Assembly: GCF_001194135.2 (NCBI RefSeq)
Contig: NC_068994.1
Coordinates: 42,935,904 to 42,999,903, forward strand
Direction of reading: 5' to 3'
Source: Octopus bimaculoides
Lineage: Eukaryota
Length of the DNA stretch: 64,000 nucleotides
Shown here in pieces: positions 26,749 through 40,774 of this stretch. Under the pieces are notes generated by a model. It saw only the letters and a list, made by a program, of their open reading frames with translations, did not search any database and had not been told where the DNA came from. Each line of letters starts with the position of its first letter. The stretch's first letter is position 1. A program made the position numbers and the translations under genes.

Positions 26749-27398
26749 NNNNNNNNNNNNNNNNNNNNNNNNNNNNNNNNNNNNNNNNNNNNNNNNNNNN
26801 NNNNNNNNNNNNNNNNNNNNNNNNNNNNNNNNNNNNNNNNNNNNNNNNNNNNNNNNNNNNNNNNNNNNNNNNNNNNNNNNNNNNNNNNNNNNNNNNNNNN
26901 NNNNNNNNNNNNNNNNNNNNNNNNNNNNNNNNNNNNNNNNNNNNNNNNNNNNNNNNNNNNNNNNNNNNNNNNNNNNNNNNNNNNNNNNNNNNNNNNNNNN
27001 NNNNNNNNNNNNNNNNNNNNATATATATACACACACATACATATATATACATATATATATATATATACCCACGCACATATACACATGCACATATATATCA
27101 TTAAGTAAAATAATTGATAAAATGAGTACTCAACATCATATTGGTGGAGAAATAATTCTTTTTAATATAATTAGGAAACCAGAGAAGAAGTATATATGTG
27201 CATGTGTATGTATACCTACACACACACACACACATATATATATATACATTTATAAAGAGATACACATATATGCACACACAAATGAACTTATATGTATGTG
27301 AGAGTGTTTGTGTTTGGTGTGTTTATGGTAACACGTATCTACAAGCATTTGTGTGTGCGCGAATATATACAAACAGACGTCCATATGTATAATGAATA

Positions 27399-27445
<47 letters not shown>

Positions 27446-28999
27446 ANNNNNNNNNNNNNNNNNNNNNNNNNNNNNNNNNNNNNNNNNNNNNNNNNNNNNN
27501 NNNNNNNNNNNNNNNNNNNNNNNNNNNNNNNNNNNNNNNNNNNNNNNNNNNNNNNNNNNNNNNNNNNNNNNNNNNNNNNNNNNNNNNNNNNNNNNNNNNN
27601 NNNNNNNNNNNNNNNNNNNNNNNNNNNNNNNNNNNTATATATATATATATTTATATATATATGTATATATATATATATTTATATATATATATTTACATGA
27701 GCCTGGATGTGAGATGTGGGCATTGCACCTGTATATGTACATGCATACTTTTTTTTTATGAAATAATCCATACTTTGATTGTGACATATTGAACTGCTGA
27801 TCAATATATAAGTGTAGGTGTTGATATTTGTCTTCAGTATCATCCAAGATATGTACAAAGAATTTGCTAACCAACATGGAGTTCAATAATTCTCAGGTGC
27901 GCTCTTTTGATAGTTCAAATAGTTGATACAGGTTTTATTGTTGTTGCTGTTCTTGGTATTGTTGTTGCTATTTAGCTCCCCCTCATTTCAAACCTAATTG
28001 TTCAAACCAATGGTCAAGGATACTCTCGCCATGACCAACCCATCTTTTCTGGTTATATTTTGGAACACATTATCCAGTGTGCTATTTTCTTTCATTATTT
28101 AAAATCATTGTTTCAGGGAGATTTAGCTGTTATTTCTAGTAAGGTGAGTGACATCATAGAGTAGGAATAGGCAGCCTTTTTCAAGAAGCGGGCTCCTTGC
28201 GACATGGCTCATTATCAGATAAGTCACCATAGTTAAGCAATTGAAGGTAATTTTTTTATTTGATGTGCCATTTAGAAAGTCTCATGGACTACAGTTTTGT
28301 CATGACTGACATAGAAGCTTCCTCGTTAGCTTATAGTTCATATTAATCATCACACATAGCAGACTAGAACTTTTATAGTTTTCAAAGCCACAGTGGCATC
28401 ACTACTTAACTGAAACCAATTTTCACTTAAGGTTTATTTTACCTTTCAGCCATCTTTTTTTACAAAGGCCCACAATAAACTGTGATTTGATTCATTTCAT
28501 TATACCCCACTTTGGTTCATCTTGGAGGAGAAAAAAAAAAAAAAACTGTTAATTAAATTTGAATAATTCAGTGAAGACGATCCAAGGAAATTAATGAGGA
28601 TCTGTGTCTGCAATTAATGAGTATTAACAGTTTGGAAATGGAATAAATTAGTTCCTCAACCAACAAAGAAAAATGAAGGAAAAGTTTCAAGCAGTACCCT
28701 TCATCCTGTCAAAGAGTGCCTTCAGAACAGCAAGCCAAAATTTTTTGAACTGTTTAAATCAAAATAATTTTGAGTTCATAAACAATGATTGTTGTTGCTG
28801 CTGCTCTTTCTCATGGTGCAATCTTTTACATTTTTTGTTTCTTTTCTAATAGAAATTTCTCCTCCTCCTCCTCCTTCTTCTTCTTCTTCTTCTTCTTCTT
28901 CTTCTTCTAAGCACCAAACACACTCATGACTATTTCAGTAACATATGTTTCTGCTAACCCAAAGACAAAGGGCCCGACTGCTCTATTATTATTATTTTA

Positions 29000-29370
29000 C
29001 CAAGCTGGCAGACTGGCAGGATTGTTGGCACCTCAGAAAATATTCTGCTGGGGTTGACTTTGTCTTTCATCCTTTCAGGTCAGCAAAATAAGTACCAGCT
29101 GAACACTGGTTTCAATATAATCAACTTATTCCCTCCACTTAAATTGCTGGCCTTGTGTTAAAATTTAAAGCCGAAATTGTATTTATTTTGCCAAGGTAGG
29201 CAAGCTGGCCGAATTGTTAATATTTCACACAAAATTCCACCAAGATCAACTTTGCCTTTCAACCTTTCTGGGTCAATAAAATAAGTACCAGTTAAACACT
29301 GGGGATCAATGTAATCAACTTACTCCTCCCTCAAAAGTGCTGGCCTTGGGCCAAAATTTTAGGCCAATAT
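29000..29370 (+). mobile_element. Tandem copies of SINE family C (CTTTCATCCTTTC..GGTCGATAAAATAAGTACCAG)
   Basis: Repeated blocks shared with about 14030-14130, 16150-16330, 20030-20440, 22905-23100, 29750-29970, 33325-33540, 35000-35210 and 59250-59370. Confidence 0.8.
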
Positions 29371-29741
29371 TATTACCTCTGCCTGAGAGAAGGCGGAGAT
29401 ATTGTTTTCAATCTTGTTTGTTTGTTTGTCCATGGCAAGATATCTCAAGAATCGCTGAATGGATTCGGATGAAACTTTCAGAGATGTTTGACCTTGTGAC
29501 TAACACAAACTGATTAGATTTGGAGATCAATCCAGTACCGGACAAGAATTCTGGATTATTTTACCTGTGTCTTTTTACTTAATTTTTTGAGAGCGGTCAG
29601 GTTCATTTTCAGTATTCTCTTTTGTGACAGCAATCAAGTTTATTTAAGATATTCTCATTTTAAAAATCATCTCTGGCTAATCAATGAAAGGACGTTGGTG
29701 TTGCTTTGGTGGAAGGTTTGCGCTCTCTGAGTGCTCTTGTT
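29371..29741 (+). mobile_element. Helentron-associated non-autonomous element (HINE/DINE-1-like)
   Basis: 5' palindrome TATTACCTCTGCCT-gagaga-AGGCGGAGAT, then a (GTTT)n microsatellite. The 3' end has a partial subTIR GGTGGAAGGT followed by the stem-loop GCGCTC-tct-GAGTGC, in a T-rich target. Confidence 0.7.
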
Positions 29742-30329
29742 ATTATTTTGTTCAGGTGGAAAACTGGCAAGTCAAACAAAATGCTAAGTAACAAATTCTC
29801 CAGCTCTTTACATTCTGAGTTCAAACTCTACCAAGGTGTTACTTTTCCCTTGTTGTTTTCCTGTCAGGGTTAATGAAATAAGCACCAGTCAAATACAGTG
29901 GTTGATGCGATCAACTTGTCCCCTCCCATTAAAATTGTTGACCTTGTGCCTAAATTAAAAGGAATTATTTTCCTGTTTTTGAGCAGCAGTTAAGATTTTC
30001 TTGAAGTTCATTGGTTTGTTTAAATCTTGTTGTTGTTGTTGTTGTTTTAGTTCTTTACCTGGAGGTTCTCACAAGCAATAGATTTTTAAAAATCTTTTAC
30101 AATGGCTTATATTGTTATAGTGTTATTATTGTTGTTATGATTGTCATTGTCTATCATTGCTACTGTTGTTGTTGTTGTTGGTATTTTGCTCTCAAGTTTC
30201 ACCTGTCAAGTAGTCATATGATCAAAAATGCTCCAGACTGAACCATCCTAGCCTGTCTTTTTTGTATATATCAGAACTAATTACATCATCCAATGTGATT
30301 TCTTTCTTTTCTTTTGGAGACAACTGGGT

Positions 30330-30920
30330 GTGACATGACTTGACGAAGATTTGGCAGCTATTTCTAGCAGTTCTAGACTGAAACTTCCCTCATAAGCTCA
30401 ATTGTCATTGATATTGCTGACACTGTTGCTTTTGTTGCCACTGTTGCTGCTGTTTCTTAGCCCCAGGTCAGTCTTGCTAGAGTAGACTCATGATCAAAAG
30501 CTTCAGATTACATAATTCGATGTCATTTTTTAAAAATTGCTGGAGCATGATTTGAAGGATTTTAAGCTGCTATTTCTAGCAGGTCAAGTGACCTGCTACT
30601 GATAGAATATTGTTGCAATATTTACTTTGAATGCTGTTCTTATTATCATTGTTGTTCTGGTTGCTGCTTCAACTGCTGCTGCTGCTGCTGTTGTCGTCGT
30701 TATTGTTATTCTCTTTGAATTTGTTGTTTTTATTATTGTTATAGTCATTCTAACATTCTAGCCATGACCATCCCACCTTTTCAGACATAGTTTAGCTTGG
30801 ACCACAATACTGAGAGTATCCTTCCTATTTCCCATTCATTTTTTCCTTAAGAAGATAGAGTGTGATTTCGAGAGAAACATTGCTGCTATTTCTAGCAGTC
30901 TGTTGTGACCACATAGTGGC
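30330..30920 (+). repeat. Cluster of a short interspersed repeat (GATTTGGCTGCTATTTCTAGCAGGTC..GACCACATAG-like)
   Basis: The motif recurs at about 9560, 28120, 30350, 30560, 30880, 31190, 33290 (rc), 47090 and 48045. Confidence 0.7.
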
Positions 30921-31946
30921 TCGCATAGTATGGCCGGTAGTGATGATGGTGGTGAAGGAAATAGCGATGTTGCTACATAGTATGTAGGACTATAACAGTT
31001 ATAACAGAGGAGAATCTCATGGCAGAAATAGAAAATGCTAGTTAATAAAAGAAGTTTAACGAGTATGTTAACAATTAACTGAAAGTAGTGCTGAACAGAT
31101 TGTTGATGTTGCTGATGTTGTTGATGTTGTTGATGTTGTTGATATTGTTGATGTTGTTGTTGTTGTTGTTGCTGTTGTTGAATGATTTGTGGGATATTTG
31201 ACTGCTATTTTTAGCACATTGAGTGACCACATAAAATGGCTTCTTACAAAGGTCAACGAACTGGACTCTGCGAAAAAGACAATCCTCAACAGAGCTAGCT
31301 TGTTTTTTTTGTTTTTTTTTGGTATCGTTATTTTTGTTTTAAACATGAAAATAATAGCATGTCAGAATTTGTGTAAGATGGGGTACTTGAAAGGAAAGGG
31401 GTAGTGAGAGATTTTTATTTTTATTTTTTGTGCTTTTTTTTTTTAATTTTTACATTAACCAGTCCAGGTATTTAAAAAAAAAATAAAATAAAAAATAAAA
31501 GATAGATAAAAAGAAAATATGCAGAGAAAAATGTCTCTCTGCTTACAAAAATACACACTGTAAAGTTTTCCAAGGGATACCATCAGCATTAAGAATACAT
31601 AGTTAAAGGCAGGCTTAATAATATAGTGTAGTAATCCCCTCTCACAAAAAAAAAAAGAAAAAAAATTTGGGGTTCATTATATTAAATTATGTTAGTTTTA
31701 GCTTGCCCTTTAGTGAAACATACCACCTTGACAACTGATTGCAAAATACTGTCTCTCAGGAGAGAGACACAAGTTCTGCAAATATCTCAGCTGTCTTTCG
31801 TTTTTTTTTTTTTATTGTTGTTGTTTTTTGTTTTTGTTTTTTTTAATATATTTTTTACCTTCTTTTTCTTTATTATTTTTTTTTCTTTTTCTATGATCAG
31901 GATTTTATCCACAGGGGACATTCGGTCAGTTGTCACATTCACTTAC

Positions 31947-31969
31947 TGCTTTGTTGACTGCATGTGGTT
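31947..31969 (-). CDS. Candidate 23-nt micro-exon (phase 1 to 0: EPHAVNKA)
   Basis: tgcagttttgtccag|AACCACATGCAGTCAACAAAGCA|gtaagt: perfect donor, in unique sequence between low-complexity tracts. Confidence 0.3.
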
Positions 31970-32549
31970 CTGGACAAAACTGCATTGTACCATTGTACAG
32001 ATATTGTTGTTGTTAGTGGTGTCGAAGGTGGTGGTGGTGGTGGTGGCGGTGGTAGTGGTGGTGATGGTGTTGGGTAATGGTGTTCATGTCAGCGGTGATG
32101 GTAAAGGTGATGGCCATAGTGATGATGGTAGTGGTGGTGGTGGTGGTGGTGGTGTTGGTAGTGGTGACGGTGGTGTCTCGATGAATGTTGTCAGAGATGT
32201 TCAGTTCTGTCCCTTTCCTGATGTTGATAATGTTCTGGTCTTGGTTCTTTTATGTGCTGCAAATTATCAGAAGCAAAGAAAAAGAAAAAAAAAAAGAAGA
32301 AAATAAGGAAAGAAGATTTTTGAGTCTGTAAGAGAATGTCAAACGCTGGCAAAAATAACAACAATAACAATATCAAAAAAGAACAATAGAACAGTGTAGA
32401 AAAAAATGACAGAATGACAATGGAAACAACAACATTAAATACAAAACAAGCTAAAACAAGAACCATCAAAGAAAACAAGAAAAAGGAGCCATGTTAGAAA
32501 TATGAAAAACATCGGCATCTAGGAGAAGAGAAAAAAACCTGGGATGTAA

Positions 32550-32731
32550 AAATGATGATGATGATAATGATGATGATGATGATGACGATGACAACGATGA
32601 GGATGATGATGATGACGACGATGATAGTGATGGTGATGATGACAACGATGACTGTGATGGTGATGATGGTGACAATGACAGCGACAATGATGATGCCGAT
32701 GACAATGAAAATGTGGTGGTGATGATGGCGG

Positions 32732-32768
<37 letters not shown>

Positions 32769-32965
32769 GATGATGATGATGAGGATAATGACGATGATGA
32801 CGATGATGAGGATAATGACGACGACGACAGTGATGGTGATGATGACGACAATGACAGTGATGGTGATGTGATGATGGTGACAATGATGACAGCGACAATA
32901 CTGACGACGATGACAGTGATAACATGGTGGTGATGATGATGGGGGTGATGATGATGATGATGATG
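32550..32965. repeat. (GAT/GAC)n compound microsatellite
   Basis: Directly visible. Similar tracts at 41970-42180 and 60280-60600. Confidence 0.95.
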
Positions 32966-33567
32966 TTCCACAAAAAAAAAACTAAAAAAACTGCAGCAAC
33001 AATACAAAGAAAATAGTAAATAGTGTGGAAATGTTCCAACATTCACAAGGAGTAAAGGGTGGTATGGGGCGTGGTAGAGGGCAGGGTTTGCCACGTGGAA
33101 GAAGCAAACATCATACAATACAAAGTGTAAAAAGATCTTCATGGAAATCTGGAAATAAATTGTAACACTTTTGAGGTATATCCTCAAATCCACAGCTGCA
33201 TTACATCTGACTATACAATTACATTACAATAACTAATGTATAACTACACTGTATTACACTTATAAAGTAGCAGCTTCTATGTCAGTGTTCAACTGGTTAG
33301 AAATAGCAGCTAAATCTATTTTGCATAAGGCAGCAAGCTGGCAGAATCACTAACAAGCTGGGCAAAATGCTCCTTGATGTTTTATCTGTCGTCGCATTCT
33401 GAAGTGAAATTCTCTGGAGGTCAACTTTGTCTTTCATTCTTTCAAGGTTGATAAAATAGGCACCAGCTGGTCACTGGGTCGATGTAATTGACTTACCTTT
33501 CTCTCTAAATTGCTGGCTTTGTGCCAAAATTAGAAACCAATATCTATCTTACAATCTACTGTTTTAA

Positions 33568-33789
33568 CCCTTTCGATATCAACCCAGCTGAAACTGCTTC
33601 TGGCTCTATATTACAAATGTGTTGTTTTTGTAAGTTTTGAATTAAAATCTTCCACCAAACCTTAGTCACAATTTATGTTCCTAACACTAGCTTAATGATA
33701 ACCAGGTTGTTTTACTAAATTCTTTGTTATGTTTAAAATCAATTGAAAGAAACACAGAGCATCTCAACAGAAATACAGTAACGAAATGG
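33568..33789. mobile_element. piggyBac-type MITE
   Basis: TTAA|CCCTTTCG...CGAAATGG|TTAA: TTAA target duplication with short CCCTTT-type TIRs. Confidence 0.75.
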
Positions 33790-34139
33790 TTAAAGTGAAT
33801 GAGACATCATTAGATAATGTAGTTCTAGATATACAGTGCCTGAGTAAAGGACAGGATGGGCATGGTAGGAATGCCTTTAATGATTAGAATAGTTAAGTTG
33901 AAGCTGATTTGAGGGTAAATAACAGCAATAATATTAATGTACAGAGTGGCCGAAAAGTACGTTTACAGTTATTCAACTATCTCTTTTACACTCATATATT
34001 AACATTTTAGCTCTTAATTATAAAAAAATATGAAACCATTATTGTATGCCAATTTAGTTAACTGTAAGATACAAATTTAAATGTAATAAAATGCTTTAAA
34101 TTTATTTAAATTTAAATTTATCTAAATTTCAACATCTCT

Positions 34140-34400
34140 TCATATAATGCTCTACAATATCACACTTTGTACTAAATTATACCAGCACAATATACTGCTA
34201 TGCTACAATACTATTAATTAAACTACAATAGTTCACTACACTGCAACACTACAACATTTGATATTACACTGTGATAGCACATACTAGTATACTTGTATAC
34301 TACAATATTCTACTTCACGCTATGATAGTACTCTGCTCTATTATCCTTTGGCAACATTATACATTCTTACGCCACAGTACTCTATGGCTATATAAAAATA
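34140..34400. repeat. Degenerate pentamer satellite (CTACA/ACTAT-like)
   Basis: Visible ~5-bp periodicity. Similar tracts at about 33200-33270 and 17170-17390. Confidence 0.55.
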
Positions 34401-35244
34401 TGCTGCACTGAAGCAAATCACACGTGTAAAACAAAAGAGACTAAAAAAATGAATACAGGAAAATATCTCAAGGTTGTCACATCTCAACATTTCTTTATTT
34501 AATGAAAAGCTCATCAAAACAACATCTAAAAGAGTAGCAGCAACTCCAGAAAGAGCAGCAGAAGTTTAAAATCAAAGAAACAAAGAAGGATGTTGCCACG
34601 AAAACATGGCATTGATATGTTTTCTTTGGCGATATCATAAAGTTTACTTCTTAAATAAAGAATACACAAACCTGATGTCGTGTAAGAATTCAGGATTTTG
34701 TTTCTTGTTGTTGGTGTATTTATCTATTTTTATCAGTGAAATGTTACAGTTTTTGAAATAGTTTCAATCGTGATTTCAAGATTTTACAAGAAATAATCTC
34801 CTATAACAGAGCAGATTAGTTAAAATATTAAATATTGCTTACACTGCTACTACTACTGCTACTACTACTACTACTACTACTAGCTGCTGCTGCTGCTACT
34901 GCTGCTGCCACCGCCGCCATCACTGCCACCACTGCCACCACTACTACTACTACTACTACTATTGCTGCTGCTGTTGCCACTGCTAATAATAGTAGTAATG
35001 TTGGTTTCAAATTTTGGAACCAAACTAGCAATTTTGAAAGCTGAGTTAAGTCAATAACATCGACCCCAGTGACTGACTGGTACTTATTCTATCAACCCTG
35101 AAAGGATGAAAAGTAAAGATGACCTTGCTGGAATTTGAACTCAGAACATAAAACTAGATGAAATGCCTCGAAGCATTTTATCTAGTTTGCTAATGGTTTT
35201 GCCAGTTTCCTCCCTTAATAATAATAATAATGATCACACAATCT

Positions 35245-36148
35245 GAAAGACAATGACATTGCATGGTGCCCTCCACTCTAAGGCAAATGTACAAAGGTTC
35301 TACATGAAGAGATGTAAAGATGGATGTGTGCTGAGTAGCATACAGGAATGCATCAATGGTGAAAAAAGAAACATGGCAAACTATTTTGTAAATAGAAAAC
35401 AAGACCTGCTACAGTATGCTGCTAAAGGAGAAGGATTTACCAAAAATAGACTCGAGGGTGCTAATCAATTCTGATCACGAATAACCAATGAGCGAGAAGA
35501 AACTTTACTCTACATGGAATTACATGGTCAGCACCACCGTGAAACTAACAACTTAAAAGATCAGGAAGCATCATGGAGGTGACTCAGCAAGGGTGACCTA
35601 AAAAAGAAGACTGAAAGCCAAATCATTGCTGCCCAGGATCAGGTATTGAATACCAACTCAGTGAAAAGAGATATATGCCACACAAGTGCAATGAACCTCT
35701 GCAGAATATGTGGGAAGAGGGGCGAAAGCATGACTCACATTGTTAGTGCTTGTGAAAGTCTTGTGCAGAAAGAGTACAAGCACAGACATGACAAGGTAGC
35801 ACAAAACCTTCACTGGCTACTTTGCCGGAAGTATGGATATGAGATACCAACATACACCAGAAAAGGTAATGGATGAAAAGGGGAAGGTAAAAGTCTTCTG
35901 AGACTTTGACTTCCAGATATACAAGGTGTTAGAGCACCAAAGTCCAGACATAGAAACTTTCAGGAGGGACAAATAAGAGTGTTTAATAATCGACGTAGCA
36001 GTGCCAGGAGATCAACATATTATCATGAAAGAAAGAGAAAAGAACGATAAATATGGAGACCTGAGAATTGAGATCATCAACATGTGGCAGCTATGAGAGT
36101 CAAATATAATGATTGTCCCTATTATCCATATTGGGTTCAATACCACCC
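35245..36148 (+). mobile_element. R4/Dong-like non-LTR retrotransposon 3' fragment (post-RT, CCHC zinc knuckle, RLE)
   Basis: HGALHSKANVQRFYMKR...IIAAQDQVLNTNSVK...CRICGKRGESMTHIVSACESLVQKEYKHRHDKVA...PDI...IIDVAVPGDQHIIMKEREKNDKYGDLRIEI...VPIIHIG, with several frameshifts and stops. Confidence 0.9.
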
Positions 36149-37254
36149 ATTCTTCTTCTTCTTCTTCTTCTTCTTCTTCTTCTTCTTCTTCTTCTGTGAT
36201 GATTATGATGATGATGAAGATGATGACGATGATCATCATCATCATCATAATCAGAAGAAGAAGAAGAAGAAGAAGAAGAAGAAACGAAAAAACGAACGAA
36301 AGAAAGAAAGAAAGAAAGAAAGAAAAAAAGCATTGCTTTGGTAATTGACGTTTGGTTATAAAAACCTTTCATATAGGTAACATAGCAAAGATACCTTGAT
36401 CTAGCTGAACCAATTCCAACCCATCATCGTACAATACAACTGATCATATGAATCATATTAACTATTTTACCAATCACAGAGATTATAGTTATCTAGATTT
36501 CTTGTATCACCTCCAAGCGAAGCAGATTGCTTGGATGATAACCAAGTTTGTTTATGTAAGCCATGTTCAACATTGTAGTCAATACAAATTTAATTATTGA
36601 ATTATAATAAATCATATCCTACAAAAAAAAAAAAAAAAAAAAAAGAAAAGTAAAAATCAATCTAAATACAATTTAGTAAGAACGTTCAACTAGTTGTATG
36701 TGGCCTGTCTAACTAGACAGGATGCTGTCTCACTTGTAAAATGCCAGGCCTGATACCTTTGTGAAGGGTCACCAGTCTTTTGTGTATGGTAGATAGAACA
36801 TTCTGAATGCTATGAATAGAGGTGGCAACAAATATTATTCAATGAAGCCATTATTGCTTGTGTGGTTGTGTGATTGAAAAATGTGTTTTTCAACCATGTG
36901 GTCTTGAGTTCAATCCCATAACGTGGCAGGCATTTTGGACAAGTGTTTTCTGTTATAACTTTGGGCCAACCAAAATTTTGTGAGTTGATTTCATTGATGG
37001 AAACAAAAAGAAGTTTGTCATATGTGCATGTGTGTATATGAGTATGTGTGTGTGTATGAATGTATGTATGTGTGTATATGTGTATGTGTGTATGTTTCTG
37101 TGTGAGTGTGTGTGTATGTGTGTACATGTATGTGTGTGTGTGTGTGCGTGTAGTTGTCTTGACATCACATGATGTTTGTTGATGAGCATCACCATCATAC
37201 AAGCAATGTTGTTCACTTCAATTCTTCCATGGAAACCATGTCTGGTCATGGGAA

Positions 37255-37480
37255 ATGTTCCGTGTTGACCGTTTGGTTCCGTTCAAGAGCAATTCGTAAT
37301 GGATAATCCCTTCCCAGTCCCACCATACGCACAACATCGTTTTATGCAAATGAAGATCTTGTTTCACACGCGGTGTCACTTGTTTACCGGAGATAAGCCA
37401 TTCCTTACGCTGCTTCATTTTGATGTACAGGCACCATTTTGCGTCACCAGTAACAATTGACATTACCTGTTCAGATGTAC
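37255..37480 (-). mobile_element. Mariner transposase internal fragment (first catalytic Asp region)
   Basis: IVTGDAKWCLYIKMKQRKEW...KTMLCVWWDWEGIIHYELL: typical mariner TGDEKW and LCVWWD motifs. Embedded between SINE pieces. Confidence 0.85.
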
Positions 37481-37652
37481 AGGGGCATGTCGTGCCACAT
37501 GTCAGATGATGAAATGATCACAAAACACTGTGAAAATGAGGTGATTTGCGCAAATCCTGGTCTGGGAATCGAAACTACGATTTCGCAATCATGAGTGCAA
37601 CACCTTAACCACTAAGCCATGCATATATGTATGAAGTATGTATGTATGTATG

Positions 37653-37696
<44 letters not shown>

Positions 37697-38001
37697 CATA
37701 CATATATACATATATATATATATTTATACACACACTCACACACACACATACACACACACACATGTATACATTTATATATATATATATATACATATATATA
37801 TTTAATGACTTGTTTCATGAAAGATTACAGTCAATAAATGTTTCTTCTTCCCCTTCTGGGTATCTGATAACCCAATCACATGACTGATTATTTAAGGAAA
37901 AGCTTCTGCATATTTTCTCAAACTTTTCAAACTTTACAATAAGGGTTAAGTTATGCTCAGCTTCTGATGTGCATTGCATCAATCTGCTGCCTGCAACTCA
38001 C

Positions 38002-38052
38002 CAATGCAGGTGAAACAACTTCATGCCAGAGATGTCTGGTTCCATCAGTAAT
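38002..38052 (-). CDS. Candidate 51-nt exon (phase 0: ITDGTRHLWHEVVSPAL)
   Basis: Strong donor TTG|gtgagt but weak acceptor (tttggttcaag|). Open in phases 0 and 2, with a stop in phase 1. Confidence 0.28.
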
Positions 38053-39258
38053 CTTGAACCAAATTTATTAATATTGCTTCTAGTCTGTCATTTATTTCTT
38101 TACAGTTTGCTAGTTTCCAATTTATGATTAATGCTTCAATGAATTAGTTCTTGGGGGGGAAAAAAAAAATAACATCTGACAATGAAATTACATAAGCTCT
38201 AGAAATACGTATTAATATTTTTCTATCATTATTTTTTTAAAAATATTTTTATTTACTTATTTATTTTGGAAATATATTGTTTTAATGATTTATCATTATA
38301 AAAATTTGACATTAAATTGTAATTCTGATACCAATATTAAGCATGATAAAAATTCTCTTCTAATTGAAAAAAAAAAAAAAGAAAATTGTGAGTTAAAAAA
38401 CTAAGGTTATTATTTTAAAGATAGTTTAAGAATACCAACAAAACACTTACAGACAAAGGGACACATTATGGAAGGCAGGGACAAATTTCTAGTAAATTTC
38501 ATCATGCCAGGGATTTTAAGTTTCATCTACGGGCTTATTCAATTAATTTAATTAAATACCATATTTTTTGGTATGCATAGTGACATTAGTATAAAATGTG
38601 GTAATGTGGTAAGAAATTTGCTTCCCAACCACGTTATTCTGGGTTCAGTCCACTGTGTGGCACCTTGGGGTAAGCAACTTCTATAGCTGCAGGCCAACCA
38701 AAGCCTTGTGAATGAATTTGATAGATAGAAACTATAAGAAGCCTGACATAAATATATCTACATGTGTGTGTCTTTGCATCTGTGTTTGTCCCCCACCACT
38801 GCTTGACAACCAGTGTTGGTGTGTTTACATCTCCGTAACTTAGCGGTACAGCAAAAAAAAAAAAAACACATCAGTAGCAGGTTTAAAAAAAAATATGCAC
38901 TGGGGTTGATTCATTTAACTAAAAGTTCTCCAAAGCAGTGCCCCAGCATGGCCTCAATCTAATAACTAAAACAAGTTAGGGATAAAAAAAAAACACAGGT
39001 AAACATTCAAACATTGTCCATATCTTTCTAAATCCTGTTACATTTCACATGGAATTTTTGGTCCTTGAAATTCACTTTCATGTGTAATTCAACCTACCTC
39101 TGGTTTTGACCATAAATTTTGATCAGAAAAATTTGACTTGTATAGTGGAAAATACAGTATTTGATTAAATAATTAGTTGAATTAATTATCAGGTGAATCT
39201 TAAAGTCCTAGTCATCATGAAATTCACAATGAATTGTAAATTAGATATTATAATGAAC

Positions 39259-39291
<33 letters not shown>

Positions 39292-39475
39292 NNNNNNNNN
39301 NNNNNNNNNNNNNNNNNNNNNNNNNNNNNNNNNNNNNNNNNNNNNNNNNNNNNNNNNNNNNNNNNNNNNNNNNNNNNNNNNNNNNNNNNNNNNNNTTAAT
39401 TTTTATAATTCTGTCTTCTACATTTGACTGTGGTCATGAGTGGATTTGGTAAACAGAAACTGAAAGAAGCCCATC

Positions 39476-39518
<43 letters not shown>

Positions 39519-39781
39519 CATACATATATGTGTGTGTGTGTGTGTGTGTGTCTTTGTGTCTATGTTTGTCCTGCTAACATCGCTTGACAACCAAGGTTGG
39601 TGTGTTTGCATCTCCATAACTTAGTGGTTGGCAAAAGAGGCTGATAGAATAATTACTAAACTTCTTACAAAAAATAAGTGCTGGGGCTGATTTCTTCGAC
39701 TAAAAAACTCTTTAAGGCAGTGCTCCAGCATGACCACAGTCAAATGACTAACACAAGTAACAGAATAAAAGGATGCGTGTA

Positions 39782-39831
<50 letters not shown>

Positions 39832-40733
39832 GGAATAATTACTATGAAGCATTGTGTAGAATATATTGTATATAATCACAAAATATTGTCATAACCCCGA
39901 AATATTGAATACAAAGTAAGTCTACATTAATTCCCATATTTGTTTCCTTGTGATTTACCTTGCATTTCTTTTGCATTATTTTGGCCTCACCCACGATCTT
40001 TTATACAATATATACACGTATACTTATATATACTTATATGCACATATCAAGAAGGAATGGACATTGCAACAATGTTGTCATAAGACACTGTTGGTCAGAA
40101 AGCAAATAACTACAAAAGACATTACCAAGCATCACACTTGTCACTTCAATAGTTCCACCAATTCACCATCTTTAATTGGTAATGTTTTTTTATCAACTCT
40201 TGAAAATTGAAAAACATAGATAACCCCATTAGGACTTGAACTCAGAACACAGAGAATACAAAGACTTGGAATTAATACTACACAACATTCTGTCCCTGCT
40301 CTAACAACTCTGCCAATTCACTCCCTTGGGGTGAAGCTAAGAGAGGATGTTCTAGATTAGCTTTAATGCAAAGAGTATTTTTTTTTTTTTTGTGGATTAT
40401 CTCAACTGAAACTGTTCAGCTCCCTATATTAAATATATGAGAGCCCAGTGACTGTGCATTTAGCATGCAGGATGCTGTCTCCAAGTTATTTTACCTCAAT
40501 CCTATCGATAATGTGAAGGTAAGTAGCTTAATGGTTAGAAAATTTGTCTCTGGAGACTCCATTTACCCCATGTAAACTTGGAAAAGTGGACAGATATCAA
40601 AATTATGACACGAAAATAGATGACAATATATATACATACATATATCTATATATATATAAATATATGTAAGTATGTATGTACAAAGAGAGCATCATCATCA
40701 TTTTAATGAGATATATGTGTGTGTGTGCGTGTG

Positions 40734-40774
<41 letters not shown>

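Noticed and set aside
31914-32015. Plus-strand GTFGQ (HIPK/DYRK-like glycine loop) after ccacag
   Set aside because: The following residues do not resemble a kinase, and the frame stops without a donor.
36501-36546. Bulged hairpin (cttg-tatca-tccaagc/gcttgga-tgata-caag); also a 10-bp stem at 16621-16649
   Set aside because: Too short and imperfect for a pre-miRNA, and within chance expectation.
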